Positions 30,398-40,529 of a stretch of DNA of 64,000 nucleotides are shown here, in pieces. Source of the stretch: a virus. The stretch is taken from IMG/VR virus record IMGVR_UViG_3300044858_003284; one strand, written 5' to 3'. Positions within the stretch are counted from its first letter, which is position 1. Every line of letters starts with the position of its first letter. Made by a program: the position numbers and the translations under genes. The notes beneath the pieces were generated by a model. The model did no database searches and had not been told where the DNA came from. It saw only the letters and a program-made list of their open reading frames with translations.

Positions 30398-30885
30398 AGA
30401 ATTTGAAAGCAAAGTCACTCTTGTGTTTGAAGGTAACAGTATTGAAGCCGATTCTAAAGAAGAATACCTTGAAAAGCTCAAGGAACTATTCTACGATGAA
30501 TTTAACATTGAATTGAGAGATTCTGAAATTACTGAAATTATGGAGGTTGTATGAGTAGAAAATTTGAAATGATTGAGGTATTGATTGATAATGATATCGA
30601 TACCATTGTGGCCGATGCAGTTTGTAATGATATGTCATTATTGGCACAAATGCTACACTCTGGCTTCAAAGGTTATGAAAACTACACCGAAGAAGAATTG
30701 GTTCAAGAAATGAACGAGCGTGGCCTTTGGAATGAATGGTTTAAGGAAACTGTATGAGTAGATGGGAATTCACAATCAAAGAATTAAAGGCACTACAGCA
30801 GGAAACGCCAGATACACCATTAATCGTTGAGGCGTATGTAGAATGGGTTCTATTAAAAGGTTATTCCATCAAGAAAACCAAATAG

Positions 30886-30936
30886 TGTTGTATTTTTACG
30901 ACAGGGGCTTGAAAATCCCTGTGGTAAGAGTATAAT
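30886..30936 (+). promoter_or_regulatory. Early promoter with upstream palindromic box
   Basis: TGTTG-N8-CGACA, 5 nt, TTGAAA-16-TATAAT. Confidence 0.75.
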
Positions 30937-31861
30937 GGTACAATTAATTGAGTGAAGGATATATTATGTTGAAATTTGAAGGTATTGCAAAAGTTGGTGA
31001 TGTGATTCGTGCATACGATTTTGCACCATGTGCTGGTCGTGATGATGCATTTATTGAAGGTGTGGTAGAGCAGGCTAATTGTAATGAACCTGGTTTTAAT
31101 TGCTATAAGGTTACGGTGACTGCTGACAAATTTGTTAAGTTTGAAACCAAACCTAATAAAAAGAATCGTGTTGGTAAAATTATGTTTGTGCCACACCAGA
31201 CCAGTTTTATGGAATTTGATTTTCGTGTGATTAATTTGAGTAGAGGTTAATATGGATTTATACGAAGGCATTGATGCATATATTAAACACTTGGCGGATG
31301 ATTACGGCACCAACGTTTACAATAATAAGAAGTTTTATGCTGCTGTTGGTCGTAAGTATGTGCATATCATCATGGAAGATAACCAACGCAGTTCACATTC
31401 GTGGGTGATGTTGGCAGATGATAAGAAGTTTAAGCAAGGTGACATTCTTAAATCAGCATCATGGAATGCACCAGCAAGAAACTTTGCTCGTGGTAATGTA
31501 TTGTGTGGTGGTTTTAAACATATTAGATGGTGTGGAGCGTAATTATGAAATTAAATTATAATGAAAAAGAAGCGGTGATGCAGGCAATATTTGGCAATCA
31601 CAAATCACCTGCTGGCTTTCGGTCAACCTACAAAGGTGTGCCAATTGGTAACTATGAAATGGTAAAACAATTTATTGATTTTACCAAATATTTTGTAATG
31701 TTCCGTGGTCCTCGTAGGCGTGGTGCCAGTTCCACTCGGAAATGTGATGCTCATTCATTTGATGTGTATCAGCGTGATATGACATCGGTTCGTGAGATTC
31801 GTATTGAGCATGAAGCATTTCAGCGTGGCGTTAGGTGGGCTAATAATCGTAGCCATTAATT

Positions 31862-32030
31862 GGAAATCGCATAAGGTGTAACTAGTTTAAGCCGATATGC
31901 GTGGTGATGTGTGGGAAAATCACATTGCTTGGTCTTACTGGAGGAATATCCGTGGCAGACCTTAAAGAGCCAAAACAGCGGCTGATAGTTTGTTGGTTTC
32001 AACTGAGATAATGTAAACCAAACCCTATTT
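31862..32030 (+). ncRNA. Candidate structured RNA of unknown class
   Basis: Intergenic gap of about 195 nt tiled by five stem-loops. Confidence 0.5.
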
Positions 32031-33497
32031 TGTTATTTTATTGATTGGAGTTTGTATGGGTACCAGAAGTTTAACATTCGTTTATAATGAATCGAAGAGC
32101 GGTGAGGCCGCAGAGCGTATTATCAATATGTACCGCCAATACGATGGTTATCCAACAGGCCATGGTGCCGAGTTGGCAGAGTTTCTATCGAGTGGCAGTA
32201 TGACCAATGGACTACGCCTTGGTACAAATGAAAGATTCTTCAACGGTATGGGTTGTTTGGCTGCACAGATGGTAGCAAACTTCAAAGATGGTGCAGGTCA
32301 ATTCTATTTGCATCCTGTTGTTCAGCAATCATGTGGCCAAGATTATGAGTATCACATTTTCAATATTGATGGCGTGATGTTAATTGATGTATATTATTGT
32401 GGTTGCAATCTGTTTGGTATGAGCAGTGATTATGAGAGTGAAGTTATATTTTCAGGTTCATTACCTGAATTTGTGGAATTCTGTAAAGAAAAGGAAACAG
32501 CATGAAGAAGAAAACGATTCAAGAATTATTTCCTGGTATCATGGTACTAGATAAAGAGCCAGTTGAGGTGCAAAACCCTTTTAGTGGTGAAAGCACAGTT
32601 CTAACACCTGATGAGGTTGCGGTTTATGATTACCTCAAAGGTTGTGAATTGATGGGTGATTACAAAGGCGTGCGTAAAGGCCTTGATTGGTTTCGTAGCA
32701 ACAATGCTTCGGCATATATGGTTTTGTTAGATTAACATTATGGAGTTATAATGAGTTTCGAATATCAAGTATACATGGTTGAAACAGTTGAAGGTAACCA
32801 ATATCACATTGGCGCTGAAGATTTGGAAGATTGTAAGCAACAATTTTTTAAATATCATGGTGATGAAAATATTTACATCATCTATCAAAATGTATATGAA
32901 GCTTTGGCTCAGGAGGAAGAATGAGAAAAGTTAGTCCCGCCTTTGGTACGAAAGGCTTTATAATTCGTGTTGGTGATTGCCATATGTTTCGTGTATATGA
33001 TGAAAACCACGAATTCATAGACTATGATATTACTCACCATGATTTGCAAGTTCAAATAATTGAAGAAGATTCATGTTTTTATTCTAGTGAATTTGGCAAT
33101 TATTTGGATTATAAACCAATTGATGAAAGTAAATAATGCCAGTAAGATATAGTACCAATTGGATGGGCGTGGCCAATCTACAATGGTATAGAGACCGTGG
33201 ACTCACCGAAAGAGTGAGCAGAACATTAACCGAAGATTCGGAATTAACTAACCGAAAAGCTGGTGATGTATTTGAATATGATAATATTACACAAGAATAT
33301 TCCTGTGGCCGTATTGACTGCCGTGGTGAAGATTTAGGTCCGTTTGGTGATGAAATTGGTGTACCGCCAATGAAGGCAGAAGATTGGCACCGATTTGGTA
33401 AATGGTTGAGTACCTTTGAAACTGATTTTATGTGGTCATTGGAAGAATTGGTTGAATTGTATGAAAGAAATAATCCTAAAATTGAATGGTGGGTAGA

Positions 33498-33902
33498 ATG
33501 AGTATCTCAGCATATAAAGAAGTTACCGAATGGAATGAATCGGAGTTTATTGTGCCGAATCATACTTATCTTTTTGATGGTAAGTCCAACATATTGGCCT
33601 ATGCTCGTGAGAGTGATGGCGAGGTAATGGTATTCAAGAAACCATTACCAATGGATACTCGTAGGCGTAAGTTCATCAAGGTCAAACATAAAGAATTGGA
33701 CGCTATAGGTGCAACGGTGGTGGTTCAGCAACCAGAGGCTCTGAATGTGCCTCATTGGCAGGTTAAGAGTGATTCTGGCAAGACCTATACAGTCACCTTA
33801 GAATCTGGTAAGTACCAATGTAATTGTGTTGGGTATTCTTATCGTGGTAAATGTAAGCATTCCGAAAGTGTTGCTAAAAAACAACAGTCGATTGACATTT
33901 GA
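33498..33902 (+). CDS. SWIM zinc-finger protein
   Basis: GKTYTV..CNC....RGKCKH. Confidence 0.75.
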   Translation: MSISAYKEVTEWNESEFIVPNHTYLFDGKSNILAYARESDGEVMVFKKPLPMDTRRRKFIKVKHKELDAIGATVVVQQPEALNVPHWQVKSDSGKTYTVTLESGKYQCNCVGYSYRGKCKHSESVAKKQQSIDI

Positions 33903-33919
33903 TGTGGTTTTGTTATAAT
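33869..33919 (+). promoter_or_regulatory. Promoter with upstream palindromic box, driving tRNA-Tyr and the AAA gene
   Basis: TGTTG-N8-CAACA, 5 nt, TTGACA-16-TATAAT. Confidence 0.8.
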
Positions 33920-33932
33920 GGTAGATTAAATT

Positions 33933-34018
33933 GGGTAAGCCGTAGAGTTGGAGAGCTACAGCGGACTGTAAATCCGTTGCCTCAGGCTGAGTTGGTTCGA
34001 ATCCATCCTTACCCACCA
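33933..34018 (+). tRNA. tRNA-Tyr(GUA)
   Basis: Acceptor GGGTAAG/CTTACCC, anticodon arm GCGGA-CTGTAAA-TCCGT, long variable arm, GGTTCGAATCC, encoded CCA. Confidence 0.95.
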
Positions 34019-34047
34019 GTATTTTATTATGTTTAATTGGAGAATGT

Positions 34048-35196
34048 ATGAATAAAAATGCAAAAGCTTTTGTAACAGCAGCAGAATCGATTTTTGGTGT
34101 TGAACCAATTATCAATCGTGATGACATTACAAGAGTATGTAATGAATCAGGTGCACCATATCCGTATTGGTTGGTGACCAAGGCACAATATCGCCATGAC
34201 CGAGGCCAATACAAAGTACCTGCATCAGGTGAAGCTGTTGTAAAACAAACACAGCAAGAACCTGAAGCCGAAATGGCTTATGCACAAGTTTTAGAGTTCC
34301 GCCAACCAAAACTGGTTGATGAGAATGAACCATCGGTGCCACAAAAATGGCCTGACTATGTGCCATTTGGTTTCTATAAAGATTTACGAAACATTGTATC
34401 AAGCAAAGCATTCTATCCAATTTTCGTTACTGGTTTATCTGGCAACGGCAAGACCTTGATGGTTGAGCAAGTGTGTGCCGAATTACAGCGTGAATGTATT
34501 CGTGTAAACATTTCAGTAGAAACAGATGAAACTGATTTGCTTGGTGGTCCTACATTGGTCAATGGTAATGTGGTCAATCGTGATGGTCCTGTTATCACCG
34601 CTATGAAGCGTGGCGCAGTATTGTTGATTGACGAAGTTGACCGTGGTTCAAACAAACTAATGTGCTTGCAAGGCATTATGGAAGGCAAACCACATTACAA
34701 TAAAAAATCAGGTGAGATGGTGTATCCAAAATCTGGATTTACTATCATCGCTACTGCCAATACCAAAGGTCGTGGTTCAGATGAAGGCAAGTATCTATCA
34801 CAAATTCTTGATGATGCTTTCTTAGAACGATTCCCTATTACGGTAGAACAGGAATATCCTGATGCCAAAACTGAGAAGAAAATTCTATCACCATTGATTG
34901 ATGATAAAGAATTTGTGGATCATTTGGTACAATGGGCGGATGTGGTACGCAAATCGTATGACGAAGGTGCTACTGATGAGATTATTTCCACTCGCCGATT
35001 GGTACATATTGCAAAAGCTTTTACCATTTTCAAAGACCGCATGAAAGCCATTACCTTGTGTGTGAATCGCTTTGATGAAGAAACGAAAATGGCATTTCTA
35101 GATTTGTATTCGAAGGTTGATAGTTCGGTAGAATCGCCTGCCAATACAAGTACCATTTCTACCACATCTGAGGTTGCCAACCAACCACAGGTATGA
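34048..35196 (+). CDS. MoxR/CobS-like AAA+ ATPase
   Basis: GLSGNGKT, LLIDEVD, ATANT.G, AFLERF, STRRL. Confidence 0.9.
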   Translation: MNKNAKAFVTAAESIFGVEPIINRDDITRVCNESGAPYPYWLVTKAQYRHDRGQYKVPASGEAVVKQTQQEPEAEMAYAQVLEFRQPKLVDENEPSVPQKWPDYVPFGFYKDLRNIVSSKAFYPIFVTGLSGNGKTLMVEQVCAELQRECIRVNISVETDETDLLGGPTLVNGNVVNRDGPVITAMKRGAVLLIDEVDRGSNKLMCLQGIMEGKPHYNKKSGEMVYPKSGFTIIATANTKGRGSDEGKYLSQILDDAFLERFPITVEQEYPDAKTEKKILSPLIDDKEFVDHLVQWADVVRKSYDEGATDEIISTRRLVHIAKAFTIFKDRMKAITLCVNRFDEETKMAFLDLYSKVDSSVESPANTSTISTTSEVANQPQV

Positions 35197-35296
35197 TAAA
35201 ATGGTGTTGATTGTATCGTATTGTTCACATGAACCTAGGTTATTGTGTATAATATGATACATTATTTTATTATGTTTAATTTGAAGGAGTATCACA

Positions 35297-35623
35297 ATGG
35301 CATTAACAGTTCGCAAAGGTAAGGTAAACCGTCATGAGAAAATTACCCAAGTATTATTGTCTGGCAAACCTGTAAGTCCTGCTGAAATCGAGGCAGTATT
35401 CAAAGGCACCACGCAAGAAAAAGTATTGTATCGCCTCTCTACCAACATCTATAACATTCGTAAAGATGGTGGTATTGTTAAGGTAATCAAAGATGGCCGT
35501 AAAGTAAAGGCATATCAATTGGTTAACTTTGATCAGTTCGATGCAAATGGTCGTTTCAAAGGTGCTGTTGCTAAGGCACAACCTAAAGTAGCTGCGGTTC
35601 AATCAGAATCAGTTGCTGCTTAA
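35297..35623 (+). CDS. Probable winged-helix DNA-binding protein
   Basis: LLSGKPVSPAEI..RLSTNIYNIRKDG..YQL pattern; own promoter (TATAAT near 35248). Confidence 0.55.
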   Translation: MALTVRKGKVNRHEKITQVLLSGKPVSPAEIEAVFKGTTQEKVLYRLSTNIYNIRKDGGIVKVIKDGRKVKAYQLVNFDQFDANGRFKGAVAKAQPKVAAVQSESVAA

Positions 35624-35697
35624 TATCTCTGCCATCATATAGTTTTTTAGACTCGTTGTGAAACGCTCGGGCTATATGATTGGCACCCTTTTATATT

Positions 35698-37524
35698 ATG
35701 GAGAATACTATGACACTTGATAAAGAAGAAATGTTTGAGTATCTTGATGTGTTGCGTGAAACTGGCGTAACCAATATGTTTGGTGCTGCACCATACTTAC
35801 AACAAGCTTTTGGTATCAATAAGAATGAAGCAAAAACAATTTTACTTGATTGGATGAAAAACTATGCCGTCAGATAGGTTTGATTTTGAACAACAAATAC
35901 TAAAATGTTGGAATGTCATTGAAGATTTGAAAGAAATCAATGAAGAATTGAATTCTGAACAAATTGGGGCCATTACAATATTGTATGAAATCAAATTTCA
36001 AAAGCTTTGGGAACAATTTGAAAATGTGATGATGCATCTTGTTCGTGAAAACAAAATGTTAAACGAAGAATGTGCCGCAATGCGTGGCCAATTGGCAAAA
36101 AAAGAAAAAGGTAAGAAATGAAATATATTGCAAAACCAAATTTATGTAATAATGTAGGTAAAAAAGAGTTCAACAATCCTGTTGATGCTTTGACCTATTT
36201 AAACGGCGTCCTTGCGCCTAAGGACGGTGACCATCAGGACTATGTGTTCGTGGCACCATCGACCTCCAAGCGCAACCTAAAGAAGTCCATTGAAGAATAT
36301 GTGGGTATTGGTAAGTTGGAGTTGGTACCAGAATAGTGTTGTGTCCATACAACAGTCGCTTGTGTTATTCTGTGGTTGTGATATAATGGTACCTATAAAG
36401 TGAGAGAGGAATTATATGATTAACTTTGTATTAGGTTGTATTTTGGGCTTTGTTGTTGCTACTGTAGGCTTTACAGGTATTGCTCAGGCATTAGATACTG
36501 GCATCGATAAAGTAAAATCAATCAATGTTGAGGTGGCCAAATGAAGTATAAACGATATCCATCACAAACACCATTGAATGTAAACAATTTAAAAACTGTG
36601 GTGGTTGCCATGCACTTAAATTATTTACATACTATTCAATTGGACATGATTGATGAAGCTGTTGAGAAGTCCGATTTGAGTGAAGCGAAAGATGTTATTA
36701 GTTATATTATGGAGAAATCTAAATGAAAAAAGTTGTATTGGTAGTTATTGCTAGTGTTGGTATTGTTGGTTGTTCTTCAACACCATCATACAAACTAAAA
36801 GGTTATTCTGGTCCAGAAGCCATGGAACGCAACGAGGTTGTGCAGGCATCTAAACAATGTATCTACGCTAAACTGCGTCCTAATGTCGAATTCGTGACCG
36901 CCAAAACTAACAGCGGTAAAGTTATGGTGCCAGTTAATGTTCATTGTCAGCCTTACTAATTGATTGATATATTATGACTATATTTGAAACTCTTAATTCA
37001 TTTGGTATTACACCAATTCACCTACAGTTAGGCCTCTTGGCTCTTGCTGCAGTGTTTTTGGTTGCAGTATATTGGAAATTAATTGTGATTGGTGTAGGCA
37101 TGATTTTTTGTGTGGTTGTATTTGCTATGCCACATAAACTTGATTTGAGTAACCAATCAAATGAACCAATACTTAACAAAGTACCACCACCGCCTGCTGA
37201 ATACATAAAAGATTGTATTCGTTACACTGGCCATACCGCAGATGATTGCAGAAAGTTATGGTATGCAGAGCGTGGTGAAGGTGAAGAATTGAAGGAACTA
37301 TAATGAATGATTCTGAATTAGAATTATTATCAAAAGATATTGATGAATCACTGGTGAGGTGGGTTGCTACATACAAAACCTCACCATTGAATATTTGTGG
37401 TGTAATGTTGGCAAGATTATTGTGGTTATCTAAACTATCAGATAGCCAAGAAGATTTTATTAAATTATTGGAAGCTCCAAAAGAAGTGTTTGAGAAAGAA
37501 AAAGAAAATAGACAGGTACATTAA
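35698..37524 (+). other. Small hypothetical genes, including a lipoprotein (36723..36959) and a membrane protein (36974..37303)
   Basis: Coupled ORFs; lipobox IVGC; TM segments. Confidence 0.6.
36337..36387 (+). promoter_or_regulatory. Early promoter with upstream palindromic box
   Basis: TGTTG-N8-CAACA, 5 nt, TTGTGT-16-TATAAT with extended TG. Confidence 0.75.
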
Positions 37525-38328
37525 ATGAAATTAGCATTAGCATCAGACCTCCATCTAGAATTTGGTCCTATCGTATTGGAAAATACGGAAGGTGCTGATG
37601 TATTGCTCCTTTCTGGTGATATCTGTGTTGCTAAAGATTGCCTTGAACATGATAGTCCTATGCCTACAAAAAGGTCACAGGATATCCATGATTTCTTTTA
37701 TGATTGCTGCAATAAGTTTCCTCATGTTGTGTATATCATGGGTAATCACGAACATTATCATTATGATTACCAATATACAGTTAAAGATTTCAAAAAGAAT
37801 TTGAAGTATTTACCTAATCTACAAATTCTGGACAAAGAAACATGGACTTTATTTGATGAGGTTACATTCATTGGTGGTACATTGTGGACGGATATGAACA
37901 ATGAAGATCCAATTACTATGTGGCATGTTGGTAAGTCAATGAATGATTTTCGTTGTGTGAAGAATGGTGAAAGTGCCAGATTCTTGACCGATGATGCGGT
38001 GAAAGAACACCGTGCAATGGTTGAATTCATTTCTAAAACTGTTGAAGGCAAATTTGACCAAAAGTTTGTAGTGGTTGGACATCATGCACCAAGCCGTTTA
38101 TCTACTCATCCTCGCTATAAAGAGGAGGCCTTGATGAATGGTGGTTACAGTTCAGATTTGAATGACTTCATTTTAGAACGACCACAAATTAAATTGTGGA
38201 CTCATGGTCACACACACGAAGATTTCGATTACATGATTGGCACAACCAGAGTGGTTTGTAATCCTCGTGGTTACATTGGTTATGAGAATCGTGCCGATAA
38301 TTTTGCATTGAAATATTTGGAAGTATAA
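37525..38328 (+). CDS. Calcineurin-like metallophosphoesterase
   Basis: SDLH, GD, GNHE, HHAP, HGHTH, NPRGY. Confidence 0.9.
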   Translation: MKLALASDLHLEFGPIVLENTEGADVLLLSGDICVAKDCLEHDSPMPTKRSQDIHDFFYDCCNKFPHVVYIMGNHEHYHYDYQYTVKDFKKNLKYLPNLQILDKETWTLFDEVTFIGGTLWTDMNNEDPITMWHVGKSMNDFRCVKNGESARFLTDDAVKEHRAMVEFISKTVEGKFDQKFVVVGHHAPSRLSTHPRYKEEALMNGGYSSDLNDFILERPQIKLWTHGHTHEDFDYMIGTTRVVCNPRGYIGYENRADNFALKYLEV

Positions 38329-39019
38329 TGAAAGTTGCAATTAATAAACAACATGGTGGTTTTGGCCTCTCCGACAAAGCCTTTGAAAAGCTTTTGCAGT
38401 TGAGAGGCATTGAATTTGAAAGTGTTGAAAGTAAATATGGTGGCATAGATTACTATGTTAAAGGTTATGTTGGTGATGATAATTATTTCATTTCACAATA
38501 TGAACATTACTCACCACGAAATGATGAGAATTTAATTTCTGTCATTGAGGAATTTGGTGTCGAAGCCAATGGCTTTGCCGCTTCACTAAAAATTGTGGAA
38601 ATTCCAGATGACGTGGAATGGCAAATTGATGAGTATGATGGTTGGGAATGGATTGCCGAAAAACATAGAATTTGGGAATAATTATGGGAATGTTTGATTA
38701 TATTACTTACGAAGGACATGAATATCAAACCAAAGATACTCCTGCTCAGGCGTGTGATAATTATAAGATTGAGAATAATATTCTTTGGTATGAAAACTAT
38801 GATGCCGAATGGATAGATGATAATGATGGTCTTTTGGGTGGTTACTTAAAGAAGTTTAATGAACGCTGGGATATGTGTGATAAGTTTGATGGACTGGTCC
38901 GATTCTATCGTGAAGATGAAGATAATGGTGGTTATAAGGCCGATAAGTGGATAGAATACAAAGCTCTATTCATGGATGGTAAAATATTAAAGATTGAGAA
39001 AATCGATAACCAGAATTGA
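38328..39019 (+). other. Two conserved hypothetical genes (38328..38681 and about 38683..39019)
   Basis: GGFGLS..EYDGWE; MGMFDY..YQTKD. Confidence 0.6.
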
Positions 39020-39103
39020 AAAATATCATTAGACAAAACCACATTATAGTGATAAACTATGTATACATATTATTGTTAGTTTTTAACTATTAAAGGAGAT
39101 AAT

Positions 39104-39250
39104 ATGGAATTGCAGTATATTTGTACCGTATGTGGCCATGTCCACGATGATGAAAAAGAAGGCAAGTTTGAGGAGTTGTCTGACCTCTTTACTTGTCCAG
39201 AATGTGGTTGTTTTAAAGATGAATATTATTCAATAGTAAAGGAGAAATAG
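39104..39250 (+). CDS. Rubredoxin, 48 aa (not in ORF track)
   Basis: MELQYICTVCGHVHD..FTCPECG; AAGGAG RBS. Confidence 0.85.
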   Translation: MELQYICTVCGHVHDDEKEGKFEELSDLFTCPECGCFKDEYYSIVKEK

Positions 39251-39251
39251 T

Positions 39252-39692
39252 ATGGCAAAATCAGTAAAAGGTACTCGTACCGAAGCAGCATTGAAAGAGG
39301 CATTTGCAGGTGAATCACAGGCCAATCGCCGTTATTTGTATTTCGCAAACATGGCCGATGTGGCAGGTTCACCAGATGTAGCCGCTGTGTTCCGTTCTAC
39401 CGCTGAAGGTGAAACAGGTCATGCACATGGCCACATGGAATATCTATTGACTGGTGGTGCTGGTGATCCAGGTACTGGTCTATCGACTGCAACTGTAGCA
39501 GAAGCATTAGAATCGGCCATTCACGGCGAAACCCATGAATACAGCGATATGTATCCTGGTATGGCCAAGACCGCTCGTGATGAAGGCTTTGATGAGATTG
39601 CTGATTGGTTCGAAACATTGGCTAAAGCAGAGCGTAGTCATGCCAATAAATTCCGTAAAACTTTAGAAGCACATAAAGCAGAACAAGCTTAA
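39252..39692 (+). CDS. Rubrerythrin (short erythrin type)
   Basis: [34 protein letters not shown]. Confidence 0.9.
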   Translation: MAKSVKGTRTEAALKEAFAGESQANRRYLYFANMADVAGSPDVAAVFRSTAEGETGHAHGHMEYLLTGGAGDPGTGLSTATVAEALESAIHGETHEYSDMYPGMAKTARDEGFDEIADWFETLAKAERSHANKFRKTLEAHKAEQA

Positions 39693-40528
39693 TGAAAAAA
39701 GTATTGATAACCGGCAGTTCTGGTTACATTGGCCAACACCTCGTAAAACTCCTCAAAAAGGATGACTACGAGGTTTTTGGTCTTGATAAGAACACCAGAT
39801 TTAATGATTACTTGTCACCAAATCATTTTATCAAATTAGATATTGCTGAGAACTTTGTAAAGTGGCCAACCACAGTATTTGATACTGTTGTGCATCTTGC
39901 AGCTCTTGTAAAAGTAGGTGAATCGGTAACGAGACCGATATCATACTACGATACCAATATCAATGGTACTGTAAATGTATTACAAGAAACATTTTTTAAG
40001 AATTTTGTGTTTGCATCGACAGGCACAGCCGCTAATCCCATCAACCCATACGCTTTGAGTAAAAGATGTGCTGAAGATGTGGTCGAAAGATATTGTATTG
40101 AAAATTCAAAAACTTTCACCTCTTTCAGATTTTATAATGTGATTGGGTCTGATGGGATTGCACCAACGAATCCAGATGGTTTAATGGCCAATTTAATCAA
40201 AGCCAAAGAAACTGGCGTATTCAGCCTGTATGGTGGTGATTACAATACAGAAGATGGTACACCAATTCGTGATTATGTTCATGTGAATGAGATATGTGAG
40301 TCTATTAAAATGGCAATCGAAACACCAGCAAACAAATTAGAGAATCTAGGTCATGGTAAAGGTCATTCGGTATTACAAATGGCTACCACATTTAGATTGG
40401 TAAATGAATGTAATTTCCAAATCAACTATTGCCAAAGGCGTGAAGGTGATTTAGAATATAGTGTGTTAGATAATCCATCGTCTTACCTAAAACCTGTTTA
40501 TACATTACCACAATTATTGAAAATATAA
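39692..40528 (+). CDS. galE: NAD-dependent epimerase (UDP-glucose 4-epimerase-like)
   Basis: TGSSGYIG, HLAA, YALSK, RDYVHV. Confidence 0.8.
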   Translation: MKKVLITGSSGYIGQHLVKLLKKDDYEVFGLDKNTRFNDYLSPNHFIKLDIAENFVKWPTTVFDTVVHLAALVKVGESVTRPISYYDTNINGTVNVLQETFFKNFVFASTGTAANPINPYALSKRCAEDVVERYCIENSKTFTSFRFYNVIGSDGIAPTNPDGLMANLIKAKETGVFSLYGGDYNTEDGTPIRDYVHVNEICESIKMAIETPANKLENLGHGKGHSVLQMATTFRLVNECNFQINYCQRREGDLEYSVLDNPSSYLKPVYTLPQLLKI

Positions 40529-40529
40529 A

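Larger units (their letters stand above)
28717..33501 (+). other. Cluster of small early genes, mostly hypothetical
   Basis: Dense + strand ORFs with GGAG RBSs and internal promoters. Confidence 0.65.

Noticed and set aside
31880-31935. Pistol or hammerhead ribozyme
   Set aside because: TTAAGCC..GCG-stem-GGT resembles pistol, but the P1 hairpin and pseudoknot partner are missing upstream; no CUGANGA/GAAA core.
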